From IMG/VR virus record IMGVR_UViG_3300016649_000214, positions 1 to 48,218 of that record: 48,218 bases of DNA; one strand, given 5' to 3'. The position numbers and the translations under genes were made by a program. The DNA is from a virus. Lineage: Duplodnaviria; Caudoviricetes. The notes below the pieces were generated by a model. That model worked only from the letters and a program-made list of their open reading frames with translations. It was not told the origin of the DNA and did not search any database. This document shows, in pieces, positions 17,394 to 27,471 of the stretch (positions are counted from its first letter, which is position 1; each line of letters starts with the position of its first letter).

Positions 17394-18470
17394 TTACGCC
17401 AGATTAGCGCCGTACACAACGCCAGACAGGCCCTGCTCGTCTGCGGTGATTTGCAGACCTTCGGCAGACATAATCTGGAAGTTGTAGTTAACGTTAGGCA
17501 GTGGGCGCGGCAGTGGAACAATGCCAACGGCCATGCCAACCAGCGGTGAAATGACGTCCTGACGGCGCACATATGCGATGAACTCGTTTCCGCTGAGGGC
17601 GAAGGTAGGACGGACTTCACGAACCGGTGCGAACGGCAGGACAGCCTGCAGGACGGTTCCGCTAACTACACCGTTGACGACATACGGCTGCGCGAGGTTA
17701 GCCCAGATTTCCGGGGATACCCACATCACGTCGTACGCTGCAACTTTGTTAGCACGGGCCAGAGTGCCGAACGCACCTTTACCGAAGAACTCAAACAACT
17801 GAGTCATGGTGGCTGTGGTCAGGTCAAGGTTTGCACCACCGGCACCAGAGCCAAGGTTCAGCTTTTTGGTGTTGCGGTGGTTCTTGATACCTTGTGCCGG
17901 GTAGGACTGCACCTGAATGTTGGCATCTCCGTTCAGGTAGTAGTTAACGCGCTTCTGGTTGAATTTGCGCATCTTCGCCATCTGCGAATCCAGAACCAGG
18001 TCAATGCCGACCGAGTTCATGCCAGCTGCATGGCGCCAGTTAACACCGTAACCCGCGGTGAATACCGGGATCGGGTCACCATCGCTGGCGTATTCAGTGT
18101 GGTCGAAGGAGAACGGCGCCTGGCCGTCAATGCTGACAGAAACATCATCAGCGATATCGCCGACAACGTTATACAGTTTCGCGGTTTTGCCGACAGAAAG
18201 GACAGTCTGCACGCCGATCAGGTCGTTAACGATTTCAATCCCTACTTCCTGATCGCGCAGCTGCAGCACTTGACGGTCAATTTCAGCCCAGAAGTCGCGA
18301 GTAAACCCGCCTACTGCGTTACAGGCCAACATTTCCGGCGTCATAATCGCGCGGTTAGCCGCAATAATGGAATCGTTCTGCAGGTTCCACATATTGCGGT
18401 TAGCCCACAGCTCGTTCCAGTGACCACCAAGGCGGGAGTTAGTCGCCAGCGTCTCTTTGGAGAAATACAT
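17394..18470 (-). CDS. Major capsid protein
   Basis: 358 aa; position after protease/scaffold and decoration genes; followed by hairpins at 17161..17203. Confidence 0.85.
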   Translation of the reverse strand: MYFSKETLATNSRLGGHWNELWANRNMWNLQNDSIIAANRAIMTPEMLACNAVGGFTRDFWAEIDRQVLQLRDQEVGIEIVNDLIGVQTVLSVGKTAKLYNVVGDIADDVSVSIDGQAPFSFDHTEYASDGDPIPVFTAGYGVNWRHAAGMNSVGIDLVLDSQMAKMRKFNQKRVNYYLNGDANIQVQSYPAQGIKNHRNTKKLNLGSGAGGANLDLTTATMTQLFEFFGKGAFGTLARANKVAAYDVMWVSPEIWANLAQPYVVNGVVSGTVLQAVLPFAPVREVRPTFALSGNEFIAYVRRQDVISPLVGMAVGIVPLPRPLPNVNYNFQIMSAEGLQITADEQGLSGVVYGANLA

Positions 18471-18487
18471 ATCTGGTTATCCTTTTG

Positions 18488-18934
18488 TTATGCGCCAGCG
18501 GCAACGGTACCAACGCGCATACGCACGCGGATGTAATCGGTGGTACTTGCAGCGACGGTGTATTCGTCCTGGCTGTAGCCGATCACCGAGTCAGTGTCAG
18601 ATGTCGCAAGGGTGAATTGGCCAGCGGTGCCAAGCTTGATCGGGCTGTCTTTCTTATACGCACCCGGCAGGCAGCGCAGAGCAAGTTCGCGGCCTTCTTC
18701 GACGTAGTTGCCTACTGCGGAGTCCCCGGACGGGATTGCTTCAGTGATGTTCAGGCCCTGGTGGTAACCGACATCAATGATGTACAGGCGGCCGGTTAGC
18801 GCGGTGGCCTGCGCAAACTTTCCAGATGAGTTAATGGTTGCGGCGGTACCAGGAAGCAACGCAGCGGCAGTAGTTCGGGTTTCGGTCTTGTACAGAGACT
18901 GACCGTCGATATTAACGCGACGATAACGTGCCAT
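18488..18934 (-). CDS. Head decoration protein
   Basis: 148-aa Ala/Thr/Gly-rich beta protein between the protease and capsid genes. Confidence 0.7.
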   Translation of the reverse strand: MARYRRVNIDGQSLYKTETRTTAAALLPGTAATINSSGKFAQATALTGRLYIIDVGYHQGLNITEAIPSGDSAVGNYVEEGRELALRCLPGAYKKDSPIKLGTAGQFTLATSDTDSVIGYSQDEYTVAASTTDYIRVRMRVGTVAAGA

Positions 18935-18946
18935 TATTGCGGCTCC

Positions 18947-20212
18947 TTATTTGAAATGTTCTTCAGCGGTCGGCGCGCCGGTTGTTTTATGCTGCTGACC
19001 TGCGTTAGTACCGAGAGCTGCAGCTTCACCCAGCGATTTGTACATCGCATCAAGCGCTTCGCCTGTCAGCGCATTCGCGACGATCTCACCGTGAACCTTC
19101 GCCACTGCATCACGCTTGGTTTTCTCTTCAGCGCGGGAGTTGGCGGTTAGAGTTTCCGCGAGTTTGTCCTGGTTGACCTGCAGCGCGTCAACTTTATCCG
19201 TCAGAGGCTTCAGCGCCTTTTCGGTATTGGTCGCAACAGCCTGGCCGATCATGCTGCCGATTTGTTCCAGTTCTTCTTTGGTTAAAGGCATGTCGCCCTC
19301 CTTTTGGTGGTTTGTTGCAGGCTGTTCCTGCGGTGTAAATAATGATTTGAACTTGTTAGCAACGACGGCGACCCACGACTCCTGCCGCTGCACTGCAGTT
19401 CCTGTGTCGTCAAAGGTGATTTTCCCACCCTCAGTGGAATAGCCGTAAACCTCAGCCTTGCCGCCGTTGCGGATAACCACCGCCTGAGAATCAGTGAAGT
19501 CTGCAATCCATGCGTATTCATCTGATCCCGGCGCAAACTTGGCTTTGGCTGCCCGATCAAGGCGCTGCTCGCGCTCCCGGTAAGATTCACCTACCAGCGC
19601 ACCAGAGTTTGCTTTCAGCGGCTGCGCCATGTCAGCGTTAACCATCAGGCCGACACCCTGCTCAGGGGTGGCCGCTCCGACTTCGTGCAGGAGAATCGCG
19701 TCATGGTCCATGCTGTGGATCTTCGCTACCCACTCGACTCCGGTAGCGCGCTGCTGCTCGTTCGGTTCAAGCTGGTCGAGGAAAGCGGCCACGCTGGTAT
19801 GAATCGGCGGAACTTCATCACCGCGCTCAATGGCTTCGACTCGCTCAAGCAATTCACGCCCACCCTCTGATTCTTCAGCGCGGGCGACATCAACCCACTT
19901 TTCCAGGTAGATGCGATTACCGGACTTCTTAACGTTGCGGTTCCATGCGCCAATGTGCCCGGCATTAATCCCCTCAGGTGAGAAAGCGGACACAAACTGA
20001 CCATTAACCTGCGGATGACCGAGCGGTGCCAGGGTGCCTTCAAGCCCCTTATAGTGAGCATCAATTTCTGAAGCGGAATAGAGCCCACCATTCATAACAA
20101 CGTTGGCTGGCAGCGTGTAGCTGGGAAGCACCAGGTGGTCGCGACCGTTGTAGGTTTCTCGACGGATCGACTGGCTGTTCACCCGGGTAGTGATGTTTAC
20201 CTGAATAGGCAT
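18947..20212 (-). CDS. Prohead protease/scaffold (DUF2213-like)
   Basis: APLGHP and DHDAIL...GA motifs; C-terminal coiled scaffold, with possible internal start MPLTKEE after GGAG. Confidence 0.75.
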   Translation of the reverse strand: MPIQVNITTRVNSQSIRRETYNGRDHLVLPSYTLPANVVMNGGLYSASEIDAHYKGLEGTLAPLGHPQVNGQFVSAFSPEGINAGHIGAWNRNVKKSGNRIYLEKWVDVARAEESEGGRELLERVEAIERGDEVPPIHTSVAAFLDQLEPNEQQRATGVEWVAKIHSMDHDAILLHEVGAATPEQGVGLMVNADMAQPLKANSGALVGESYREREQRLDRAAKAKFAPGSDEYAWIADFTDSQAVVIRNGGKAEVYGYSTEGGKITFDDTGTAVQRQESWVAVVANKFKSLFTPQEQPATNHQKEGDMPLTKEELEQIGSMIGQAVATNTEKALKPLTDKVDALQVNQDKLAETLTANSRAEEKTKRDAVAKVHGEIVANALTGEALDAMYKSLGEAAALGTNAGQQHKTTGAPTAEEHFK

Positions 20213-20215
20213 GAG

Positions 20216-21142
20216 TTACCCCTTAGACCAGGCATAACCGCGCGCCTGCATCGTTTTATATTCCTGTTTAAGTTTGGTGATGACGTCCGGATACACCGGG
20301 TTACCGCTGTCATCAACGAGCACAGACTGTTGGCTGCACTTGCAATTTGTGGAATTCGCATCCTTCGCGTACCATTCTCGAACCTCTTCATTTGTGTAGA
20401 GATGAGCATGCCGAGCGGCATGATTCCGGCGAGTTGTCGGAGACAGCGCAGAAATGTGAAGCAGTCTGGTTTTAAGGCCGTAGAGTTCCTGAGCTTCGTC
20501 GTCCTCGTCCCATTTGGCCCGCCGTAGCGCCGTGGTGACTTCTGTGCGCGCTATGCGGTTGGCTCGCCTTTTCTCTATGCCCACCTGCTCTGTCAGGTTC
20601 CGAGCCACTTCTCGCGGGTTGAGCCCACGGCCAACACCATCGGTCAGCACTCGCGCCATATCGCGCTTAACTTCAGCGGTAAGACCTTTCATTTCCTCAA
20701 ACACGCGCGCATGTACCAACGCCATGCGCTGCTGATATGGGTGACTTGCGAGGATAGAGGCCAGAGATTCGCGACCGGCTGCATATGCCGGCGACTGCTG
20801 GCTTAGGTTGTAGAATGACTGCCCCGTCCCTTTCTCCGATGCCAGGTCGATGTACTCGTAAAACCACAGATCATAATCGCCACCCTCAAGCAACACCTGA
20901 TCTACCAGGTAACTGGCATCGCTCAGAATGATGGAGAGTAGCGTTGGGTTTAACTGGTATTCGTATCTGGCGTTTACTGCGAGGGAGGACGGTATTTTGT
21001 CGAGTGCTGATTTGTACGCCTTGCCAATCTTATTCATCCGCCTGCCGAAGTCTTTCATTGCCCGGCGTTCCAGCGCGTCGGCTCCGGTCGGGTCCTGATA
21101 GTTACGTGGTAGAATCGGTGGCTTCGTCTTCTTCGCTACCAT
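20216..21142 (-). CDS. Minor head morphogenesis protein (SPP1 gp7/Mu F-like)
   Basis: RA.RIARTE, TR..H and NC.C motifs. Confidence 0.85.
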   Translation of the reverse strand: MVAKKTKPPILPRNYQDPTGADALERRAMKDFGRRMNKIGKAYKSALDKIPSSLAVNARYEYQLNPTLLSIILSDASYLVDQVLLEGGDYDLWFYEYIDLASEKGTGQSFYNLSQQSPAYAAGRESLASILASHPYQQRMALVHARVFEEMKGLTAEVKRDMARVLTDGVGRGLNPREVARNLTEQVGIEKRRANRIARTEVTTALRRAKWDEDDEAQELYGLKTRLLHISALSPTTRRNHAARHAHLYTNEEVREWYAKDANSTNCKCSQQSVLVDDSGNPVYPDVITKLKQEYKTMQARGYAWSKG

Positions 21143-22451
21143 CCTCTTCTCCTAACGGCTCTTCGTCGTCATTTTCGTGACCAGCAGCCGTGCGAATCTC
21201 TTCGCGGGTAAACGCAGGATTTTCGCCACTACCCTGCATGGTCTGGTTAACCTCGCCCATTACTTTGGCGTTAGCGAGTTTTTCAGCACCGCTCTGCTCG
21301 TTTAGGTCATCCCAAATAACAGCTTTCTGGCTTACAGAGTCGATTATCTTCAGGTCGATAAGCTTGTCGCAGAAGTCCTCTATATCGAATGAGAGATCTA
21401 CCCGGCGCGTCTGGCAGCGTGAATTGAAATATTTCTGGTCTTCAGTGCTCGACCGTTCTGCCTGCTGGTTGCCAACAAGAATTCGCGTCGGGATATCTAC
21501 CCCAGCGGCGGCTGTTTGCAGGTTGACGTCATAGGTTGGTGACGGATCGGAAACCGGCGATACCAGCGAGGTTACGCTTGCTCCTTGCAGGGAAAGCAGC
21601 ACGTCATTCCCTCGGTTCATCTCCCGCGCAGCTTCGTTAAACCGGTCCTGTAGCTCGTCAACGCTGACGTTGTACATCGACGCGAGGCTGCCGAAGTCGA
21701 TCTCTTTGTCAAAGCTTAAGGCTAACTGGCGCGCGGCGTTCTTCAGGAATGACTCACCAGAACCACCTTCCACTTTCTCAAGGCTGACAAAGGCGTTATA
21801 GGATGGTTCAAGGAAGCCGATCGCATCGTCGGTATAGTCACCAAGGATGAATACCCGGTCAGGATGGATATTGACGCGGCGGCTCGCACCGTTAGGCAGC
21901 CTTTCCGTGTACTGCCACATCTTGGGCAGACCGTAGGTCTTCGAATTAAGGCCGGTATCCCATTCGCCCACGGTGAGAGAGCCAGCCCAGGCAACGGTTA
22001 TTTTCTCAAGCCCGCGCCCTCTTGTTACCGGTAGATTCCAGTCCTGATTATCGCGAACATGCAGCAGAATGCCGGCATACTTGCCTACCAGGCGGCGGCG
22101 ATCTGCCTCAGCAAACGAGCGCCAGAACCGGTTAGTGAATACCTGTTTCGCCTGCCTTTCCCATGCGGTTTCTTCTTCGCTTTCGTCGGCGTCGTCACCC
22201 TCGATAATTTCCGGGTTGGTCTGCCAGCATTTACCGACAAGTTTCTCTACCGCACCGTGAGCGATGCCACCGCGGCGATATAGCGAGTACAGGTTGTCGT
22301 AAGCGATCTGCTCTGGGAAGCCATATTCGCACCACGCAGAGCCACGCTTATTGTCCAGGCCCATAGTGGGATTCAGCATCCCCATACGGGCGCGCGCCAT
22401 CCGCGCATCGTTCAACGCATGGTTGACGGCGAGAGTTAATTTGTCAGTCAT
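21102..22451 (-). CDS. Portal protein (DUF1073-like)
   Basis: 449 aa directly after the large terminase; IP.RILVG.Q motif. Confidence 0.85.
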   Translation of the reverse strand: MTDKLTLAVNHALNDARMARARMGMLNPTMGLDNKRGSAWCEYGFPEQIAYDNLYSLYRRGGIAHGAVEKLVGKCWQTNPEIIEGDDADESEEETAWERQAKQVFTNRFWRSFAEADRRRLVGKYAGILLHVRDNQDWNLPVTRGRGLEKITVAWAGSLTVGEWDTGLNSKTYGLPKMWQYTERLPNGASRRVNIHPDRVFILGDYTDDAIGFLEPSYNAFVSLEKVEGGSGESFLKNAARQLALSFDKEIDFGSLASMYNVSVDELQDRFNEAAREMNRGNDVLLSLQGASVTSLVSPVSDPSPTYDVNLQTAAAGVDIPTRILVGNQQAERSSTEDQKYFNSRCQTRRVDLSFDIEDFCDKLIDLKIIDSVSQKAVIWDDLNEQSGAEKLANAKVMGEVNQTMQGSGENPAFTREEIRTAAGHENDDEEPLGEEDGSEEDEATDSTT

Positions 22452-22465
22452 GGTTTGTCCGTTGG

Positions 22466-23944
22466 TTAGCGAAGACGTTTCGGAATCATCATCCCCATAG
22501 GCTGCGATCCATTCAGTTCAGTCAGTGCGTAAACCATCGCGTCGAGGCGGTCAGGTGATTTCTTCGCGGTGGCGGGGATGTATTCCATCAACTGGTTCTC
22601 CAACACGTAGAGATTGCCGTGATTTGCCACGCGCCCCTGTTCGTATAGCGCAGAGATTGGTTCAGCTCGAGCATATTTCCCTTTACTGGCATGGACACGG
22701 ATGATGCGACCTTTAAACCCGGCGTTGCGGAGCGTCTCCTCCGCCATATCGCCGCCCTGGTTCGTTTCAATGACTATCGCGTCAGCTTCGTGCTGCTCAT
22801 AAGCCGATATGGCTTTCTTGGCCCACCCAGCAGGTGAATATTTGCCGCTGTAATCTCCATCCACAGAGAACTGTTTTTTGTCACCGGCACCATATGAACT
22901 GGCAACAACAATCCCAGTTTCATCGCTTTCGTCGCTATTAGTTGCCTGTGGGTCAATGGCGACAACTGTTCGAACCTTATCGTGATGAATTTGCAGATCG
23001 CGAGCCGCGCTGATCATCACCTCTGTCCACAGGGCTCCTTCAGCATTAAACCTGCGTGGCTTCTGCATATACTGCGCTTCGGCAGTGCGTCTGTGAGAGA
23101 ACAGAGATACGCGGTGCGATTCGTTATGCTTAAACGGCCATAGCCAGCCATCGGGCAGCCCGTGGTCAATCGGTATAGCGTGGATGTTTTCAGGGTACTG
23201 CGCAGCGTATGGCTGGCTATTGTCGATAATCACCGACAGATTCAGGTGATGCCACTTTTCCCCACTCCCGCCACGCAACAGATAGCCGCTCAGGTCGTGG
23301 TAGTGGATACGCTGCATAATTACGATTATCGGCGTAGTTTCGATCGCCAGTCGTGATTTGATTGTCTCGTTAAAGCGGTTGTTGACTCCGTTACGAACGA
23401 TATCCGAATAAGCATCGTCAGGTTTAACGGGATCATCAATAATCAGTGCGCCCTGCCATCCGGGCTCCATATGCCCGGCACGAAAGCCTGTAACCTGCCC
23501 TGCAGCTGACGACGCGTAGACTCCGCCGCCGTGCTCGTTCCACCACATCGCCTTGCTGTCGGCATCGTCGCGCAACTCCATCGGCCACATTGCCTGATAG
23601 AGCTTTGACTTAATCATGCCACGCGCAGTTGAGGAGTTCAGCAGCGCAAGGTTGTGCGAATAGGATAGGTGCATGAAACGGGCGCGCTTATTCAGCGCCA
23701 ACCCCCGCCCCATCATGTTGATGGTTGCCAGCTCTGTCTTTGTGTAGCCTGGAGGAACGTTGATGACCAGCCGCGTAATCTCGCCACTAATAACCCGGTC
23801 GAGCGCGCGCTGTATCGCCAGGTGGTGCGGCGCGATGATCATCTTGCCGCCGGTGCGCTGCTTGAAGAAATAGCGGGAGTAGTAAAGCCCGTCCTCTTCA
23901 CACTCTATCTTGCGGGCAAAGTTCCGCTGCTCAACAGTCGTCAT
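22466..23944 (-). CDS. Terminase large subunit
   Basis: VPPGYTKT Walker A, IIDDP Walker B, AIDP and DRLDA nuclease motifs. Confidence 0.93.
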   Translation of the reverse strand: MTTVEQRNFARKIECEEDGLYYSRYFFKQRTGGKMIIAPHHLAIQRALDRVISGEITRLVINVPPGYTKTELATINMMGRGLALNKRARFMHLSYSHNLALLNSSTARGMIKSKLYQAMWPMELRDDADSKAMWWNEHGGGVYASSAAGQVTGFRAGHMEPGWQGALIIDDPVKPDDAYSDIVRNGVNNRFNETIKSRLAIETTPIIVIMQRIHYHDLSGYLLRGGSGEKWHHLNLSVIIDNSQPYAAQYPENIHAIPIDHGLPDGWLWPFKHNESHRVSLFSHRRTAEAQYMQKPRRFNAEGALWTEVMISAARDLQIHHDKVRTVVAIDPQATNSDESDETGIVVASSYGAGDKKQFSVDGDYSGKYSPAGWAKKAISAYEQHEADAIVIETNQGGDMAEETLRNAGFKGRIIRVHASKGKYARAEPISALYEQGRVANHGNLYVLENQLMEYIPATAKKSPDRLDAMVYALTELNGSQPMGMMIPKRLR

Positions 23945-24410
23945 CCTCCAGCATCTCCTGTCGAGCTTTCTTGTATTCGTCCTTCGTCAGGGTGGTCGAT
24001 TCTATCGGGCCACCATTTGCGCCGGTGTGCTCAACTTTCTGCCTGTTGGTATATGCTTCACCAACCTCTTTCGCTGCCTGCTCCAGCAATTGCGCGGTCA
24101 TGCCGATGTTCTTCATGTTCTCGGCATTCGTCGACATTCGCTGCAGGACGCGCAGACGATAAGCTTTATTCGCGATCGGGATGTCGGAGATTTCGTTGAG
24201 GAAGCGGTCGCGGGTGGCGTTGAACATATCAACCCATTTTTTGGCTAGTCCTTTTCCGCTTACTTTCGTCGGATCGTGCGACTCGACTTGCTGCGGGGTG
24301 ACTCTTATCCCGTAATCTTTTTGGATGGCGTCGACCACAATCGACAGGGTGTCATAGCACGCAAGCATTTGAACGATGGCGGCTTTCACTTCTGGTTTTA
24401 GTGCAGCCAT
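23931..24410 (-). CDS. Terminase small subunit (DUF2280-like)
   Basis: Upstream of and overlapping terL; IPIA.KAYRL, EQAAKE.G, EHTG.NGGPI motifs. Confidence 0.85.
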   Translation of the reverse strand: MAALKPEVKAAIVQMLACYDTLSIVVDAIQKDYGIRVTPQQVESHDPTKVSGKGLAKKWVDMFNATRDRFLNEISDIPIANKAYRLRVLQRMSTNAENMKNIGMTAQLLEQAAKEVGEAYTNRQKVEHTGANGGPIESTTLTKDEYKKARQEMLEDDDC

Positions 24411-24440
24411 ACATCACCATCCTTCCAAAGCATTCCAAAT

Positions 24441-25088
24441 TTAAGCCAGCTTCAGCATGCAAGTCCCGCACGCCCTGGCAACATCGATATGAGCAACCTC
24501 CGCCGGCCTGTTCGCCGCATCAACCATTTCCTGCACGTCTTTGCTGGCGCCGTAACGCCTGACCACTCCAACGAATTCCTCGACGTCGTGGCCGCGAAGC
24601 TTCAGCACCGGCATTCCGGTCTCTTTGTTGAACTTCGGAGCGCCATAGTCATCGGTAGCCTGGGCGATGTGGTAAAGCTCATGCTCTACCAGTGCGCAGA
24701 ACTCCAGATCGTTACATTGCTCGCAATAGTCGGCAGCCAGGGTGATGATGAACTTAGGTATACGGCCGAACCATTCATGCATCTGCTGTTCCATGCGGGA
24801 CTTCTGCCAGCCGCCGGCGCGCATCATTACCTGCTCACACAGGCCCATCACAACGCGGCCACTTTTGGCGAATGCACCCGACGCCCACATAAACGCGATA
24901 TCAGCGTCAGCGAGTGCATTAGCGAGGTGCTCGTGGTCAGGGTTGTGGATTCGACCCTCTCCAGAGAGGATGTGCTGATTTACCCACTCTCCGATTTCAG
25001 TAGCCGGGATAATCCGCGTATACGGTAGCCAGTTTTCGCCAGTGAAGTTGACGGGAGGGAATGGTCGGCGGTCTTCAGCTTCAGCCAT
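24441..25088 (-). CDS. Putative phage metallopeptidase
   Basis: HELYH (HExxH) and HDVEEF motifs. Confidence 0.8.
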   Translation of the reverse strand: MAEAEDRRPFPPVNFTGENWLPYTRIIPATEIGEWVNQHILSGEGRIHNPDHEHLANALADADIAFMWASGAFAKSGRVVMGLCEQVMMRAGGWQKSRMEQQMHEWFGRIPKFIITLAADYCEQCNDLEFCALVEHELYHIAQATDDYGAPKFNKETGMPVLKLRGHDVEEFVGVVRRYGASKDVQEMVDAANRPAEVAHIDVARACGTCMLKLA

Positions 25089-25361
25089 ACAGAACATTCC
25101 TCTGGGTTGTTCGGATACTTACCGGGGAATTGTTTAACCGGTAACTCATGAAACTTACATAAAACTCTGCCAATGGCACTTTACAGGCACCACCTGCAGA
25201 ATCTTATAAACGCAACATTGCCACTTCTTCTCAGAGTTGCTCAGTCACTTCTCGTCTTTGCGAGCCGTCAAGATGTGGATCACCTCTTTGGTCGACACCA
25301 GATCTATGCTTCTTGTCGGGTAAGCATTATCGAGCCACTTCTGGAAGTAGCTCTGCAATGG

Positions 25362-25790
25362 TCACGCCTGAAGTGCGATGGACTGTTTCTCGTATTCATC
25401 ACGCCCTACAGAGATAATGAAGCGAGAAAACAAAATACAAATCGCATAGCTAACTGCAGTGAATACCCAGCCGGCATATGCCAGGAGCGTCACTATTGCG
25501 ATAAGACGTAACCAACCCACTATTTTGCTTAACACCCCCGAGCGTTTGAATACCACCCTGAGGTTTTCGATTGCTGCAGTCTTCTTTTTCGGGCTATCTT
25601 CCCGCTTGATTAAGAACGCAGCAAACGTAACGATAACGGACATGAACACCATCAGGATGATTATCATCCAGTAAGCCACTGCTGAGATTCTTGATAGCGC
25701 CTCGCTGCCTGCCCACGCCGCGTATACAAGCAAGGCAAGCAGAGACCAGGATATAGCGTTACTGATAAAACCATTTAAAAAACTCTTCAT
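25362..25790 (-). CDS. Multi-pass membrane protein moron downstream of the lysis genes
   Basis: About four hydrophobic segments; AAGGAA RBS. Confidence 0.7.
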   Translation of the reverse strand: MKSFLNGFISNAISWSLLALLVYAAWAGSEALSRISAVAYWMIIILMVFMSVIVTFAAFLIKREDSPKKKTAAIENLRVVFKRSGVLSKIVGWLRLIAIVTLLAYAGWVFTAVSYAICILFSRFIISVGRDEYEKQSIALQA

Positions 25791-25915
25791 AGCTTTTCCT
25801 TTTAGGAGTGAGCCTGTCGTACAGGAGCGCCGCCCGAGAGAGGTCGCTACCTTTAACGGCGTTCCTCAGGCTCACGACTGAAAGACTCTCGATAATTTGC
25901 GCGTACGATGCGCAT

Positions 25916-25941
25916 TAAAAAGCCCCGCTATTGCGAGGCTC
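25916..25941 (-). terminator. Terminator after Rz1
   Basis: AGCCTCGC-AATA-GCGGGGCT plus TTTT. Confidence 0.75.
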
Positions 25942-26185
25942 GTTGTTTCTCTGCCTGCCTAATATCGGCTTTATCCCGGTTGCACTGGCCCAGAGCCGAT
26001 AGCAGACTGACATTCAAATCGAGGCTTTGGCCCCATGTCAGGTTGTCAGGGATTGCCGGTTGCGGGGTGTCAGCTGTCAGGCTGGCCGGTAACGGAACCA
26101 CCGGAACTTTTACGTAGACCGTTCGCATATTGTTGCAGCCGCTTAACTGCGCCAGCAGGCACATAGCGATTAGTGCAATCATCAT
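25928..26185 (-). CDS. Rz1: o-spanin lipoprotein (Rz1-like)
   Basis: Lipobox LSGC; Pro-rich; L.QCN.DKA.IR; overlaps the Rz 3' end. Confidence 0.85.
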   Translation of the reverse strand: MMIALIAMCLLAQLSGCNNMRTVYVKVPVVPLPASLTADTPQPAIPDNLTWGQSLDLNVSLLSALGQCNRDKADIRQAEKQRASQ

Positions 26186-26459
26186 TCGCAACAGCAACCC
26201 GGATATCTGCCGAGGCTCCCGATGCGTCCAGTGCGATCTGCTCTTTTGCATGCTGGTTAGCCTCGGCGATGGAATTGAATATCGTCATGGTGGTCAGGAC
26301 GTTGGAGGTGATGGCCTGAGCGGTATTTACCTGCTGCTCAGCAGTTTCAGCTCTGGATTCCTGCTGATTGGCGGCGTTGTGGTAATGCATAACCAGCCAG
26401 CCAAGGCAGACGACCAGACAGATAACCACGGCGATGATAATGGCAGTTAATCGGCTCAT
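26070..26459 (-). CDS. Rz: i-spanin (Rz-like)
   Basis: N-terminal TM, coiled-coil, C-terminal Cys; follows the endolysin. Confidence 0.85.
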   Translation of the reverse strand: MSRLTAIIIAVVICLVVCLGWLVMHYHNAANQQESRAETAEQQVNTAQAITSNVLTTMTIFNSIAEANQHAKEQIALDASGASADIRVAVANDDCTNRYVPAGAVKRLQQYANGLRKSSGGSVTGQPDS

Positions 26460-26959
26460 TTCTGCCCCCACAGACAAACTTCACGCTCAATCTCGCGGCG
26501 GGTTATCAGGCCTTTCCACTGCTTGCCCTTGGCGTAGGTCCAGCGGCGCAACTGGTCACATGCGCCTTTCTGGTCGCCCTGGTTTATTTTGCGTAGCAGT
26601 GTGGAGGTCTGAAAGTTTCCGGTGCCGACGTTATAGGCGAACGAGTACAGAGCCCCGCGCATTGTTACCGGGATCGGCCTCTGGATGTACGGATCAATCT
26701 GGCGGGCGACGGTGGTAAGGTCCCTGTTGAGCAGTGACCGGCATTCAGGCTCGGTATAGGTCTTTCCGAGCACAATATCTTTGCCGGTGTGGCCATAGCA
26801 GACAGTCCAGACGCCAACCACATCCTGATAAGGCTTATATCTCACCCCTTCCAGACCATCATTGCCGGTTGGCCCGGTGATGAGTGCTGACGCAATGGCA
26901 ATTGCTCCACCGCCAACGGCAGCAAGAACGCTATTCCTCAGCTTTGGTGACATAGCCAT
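26456..26959 (-). CDS. R: SAR endolysin (GH24 lysozyme, phage 21 R-like)
   Basis: Gly/Ala-rich SAR segment; LEG..Y..Y.D..GV.T.CYGHT catalytic motif. Confidence 0.93.
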   Translation of the reverse strand: MAMSPKLRNSVLAAVGGGAIAIASALITGPTGNDGLEGVRYKPYQDVVGVWTVCYGHTGKDIVLGKTYTEPECRSLLNRDLTTVARQIDPYIQRPIPVTMRGALYSFAYNVGTGNFQTSTLLRKINQGDQKGACDQLRRWTYAKGKQWKGLITRREIEREVCLWGQK

Positions 26960-27200
26960 TTAGCCGATCCTCCCGCTCCTTTCGCCGGTAATACCAATTC
27001 ACGCCACAGGTAATAACAGTGCATGCAATACCGACAACGATCGCCCAGTCGCTCAGGCTCATACCCGCCACTTTGTCGGCCAAAATCCATACCTCTGTTT
27101 TTGCTACATCTGCGTAAGCCTTTGCTGAGACACCACAGCCCGTCAGCGCGGTCCCGGTGCCGTATGAGAGTCTGCTGTAAATGGTGCTCATTTTGGTCAT
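26931..27200 (-). CDS. S: Holin (pinholin-like) with dual-start motif M-T-K-M
   Basis: Hydrophobic segments, VNWYY..K tail; upstream of a SAR endolysin. Confidence 0.85.
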   Translation of the reverse strand: MTKMSTIYSRLSYGTGTALTGCGVSAKAYADVAKTEVWILADKVAGMSLSDWAIVVGIACTVITCGVNWYYRRKEREDRLNGYVTKAEE

Positions 27201-27312
27201 AGCCTCACCTCCGTTAATGACGGATGGCGCTGTGTGTGTTTGAAAAGGGTCAGGCCCGTCAGGCTGGATTTAACAACGAAGCATGTCGATGATGGTTCCT
27301 GCGGGACCTGAT

Positions 27313-27337
27313 AATAAAAAACCCGCTCAAGGCGGGA
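27313..27337 (-). terminator. Terminator between the tRNA and the holin leader
   Basis: CCCGC-CTTGA-GCGGG plus TTTTTT. Confidence 0.65.
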
Positions 27338-27395
27338 AGCGGTAATGAGGGTAATAGCAATGCGGCTCTATGGCCGAAGATACCCTGGCTGGGTC

Positions 27396-27471
27396 TGGTG
27401 CTGATTGACGGAATCGAACCGCCGACATCCTGCTTACAAGGCAGGCACTCTACCTGCTGAGCTAAATCAGC
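27396..27471 (-). tRNA. Phage tRNA-Thr(UGU), CCA encoded
   Basis: Cloverleaf: GCTGATT/AATCAGC acceptor, CCTGC-CTTGTAA-GCAGG anticodon arm, GGTTCGATTCC T-arm. Confidence 0.92.

Noticed and set aside
21102-22451. Possible anti-CBASS (Acb1) label sometimes given to this family
   Set aside because: Size and position right after terL indicate a portal protein; there is no other portal candidate.
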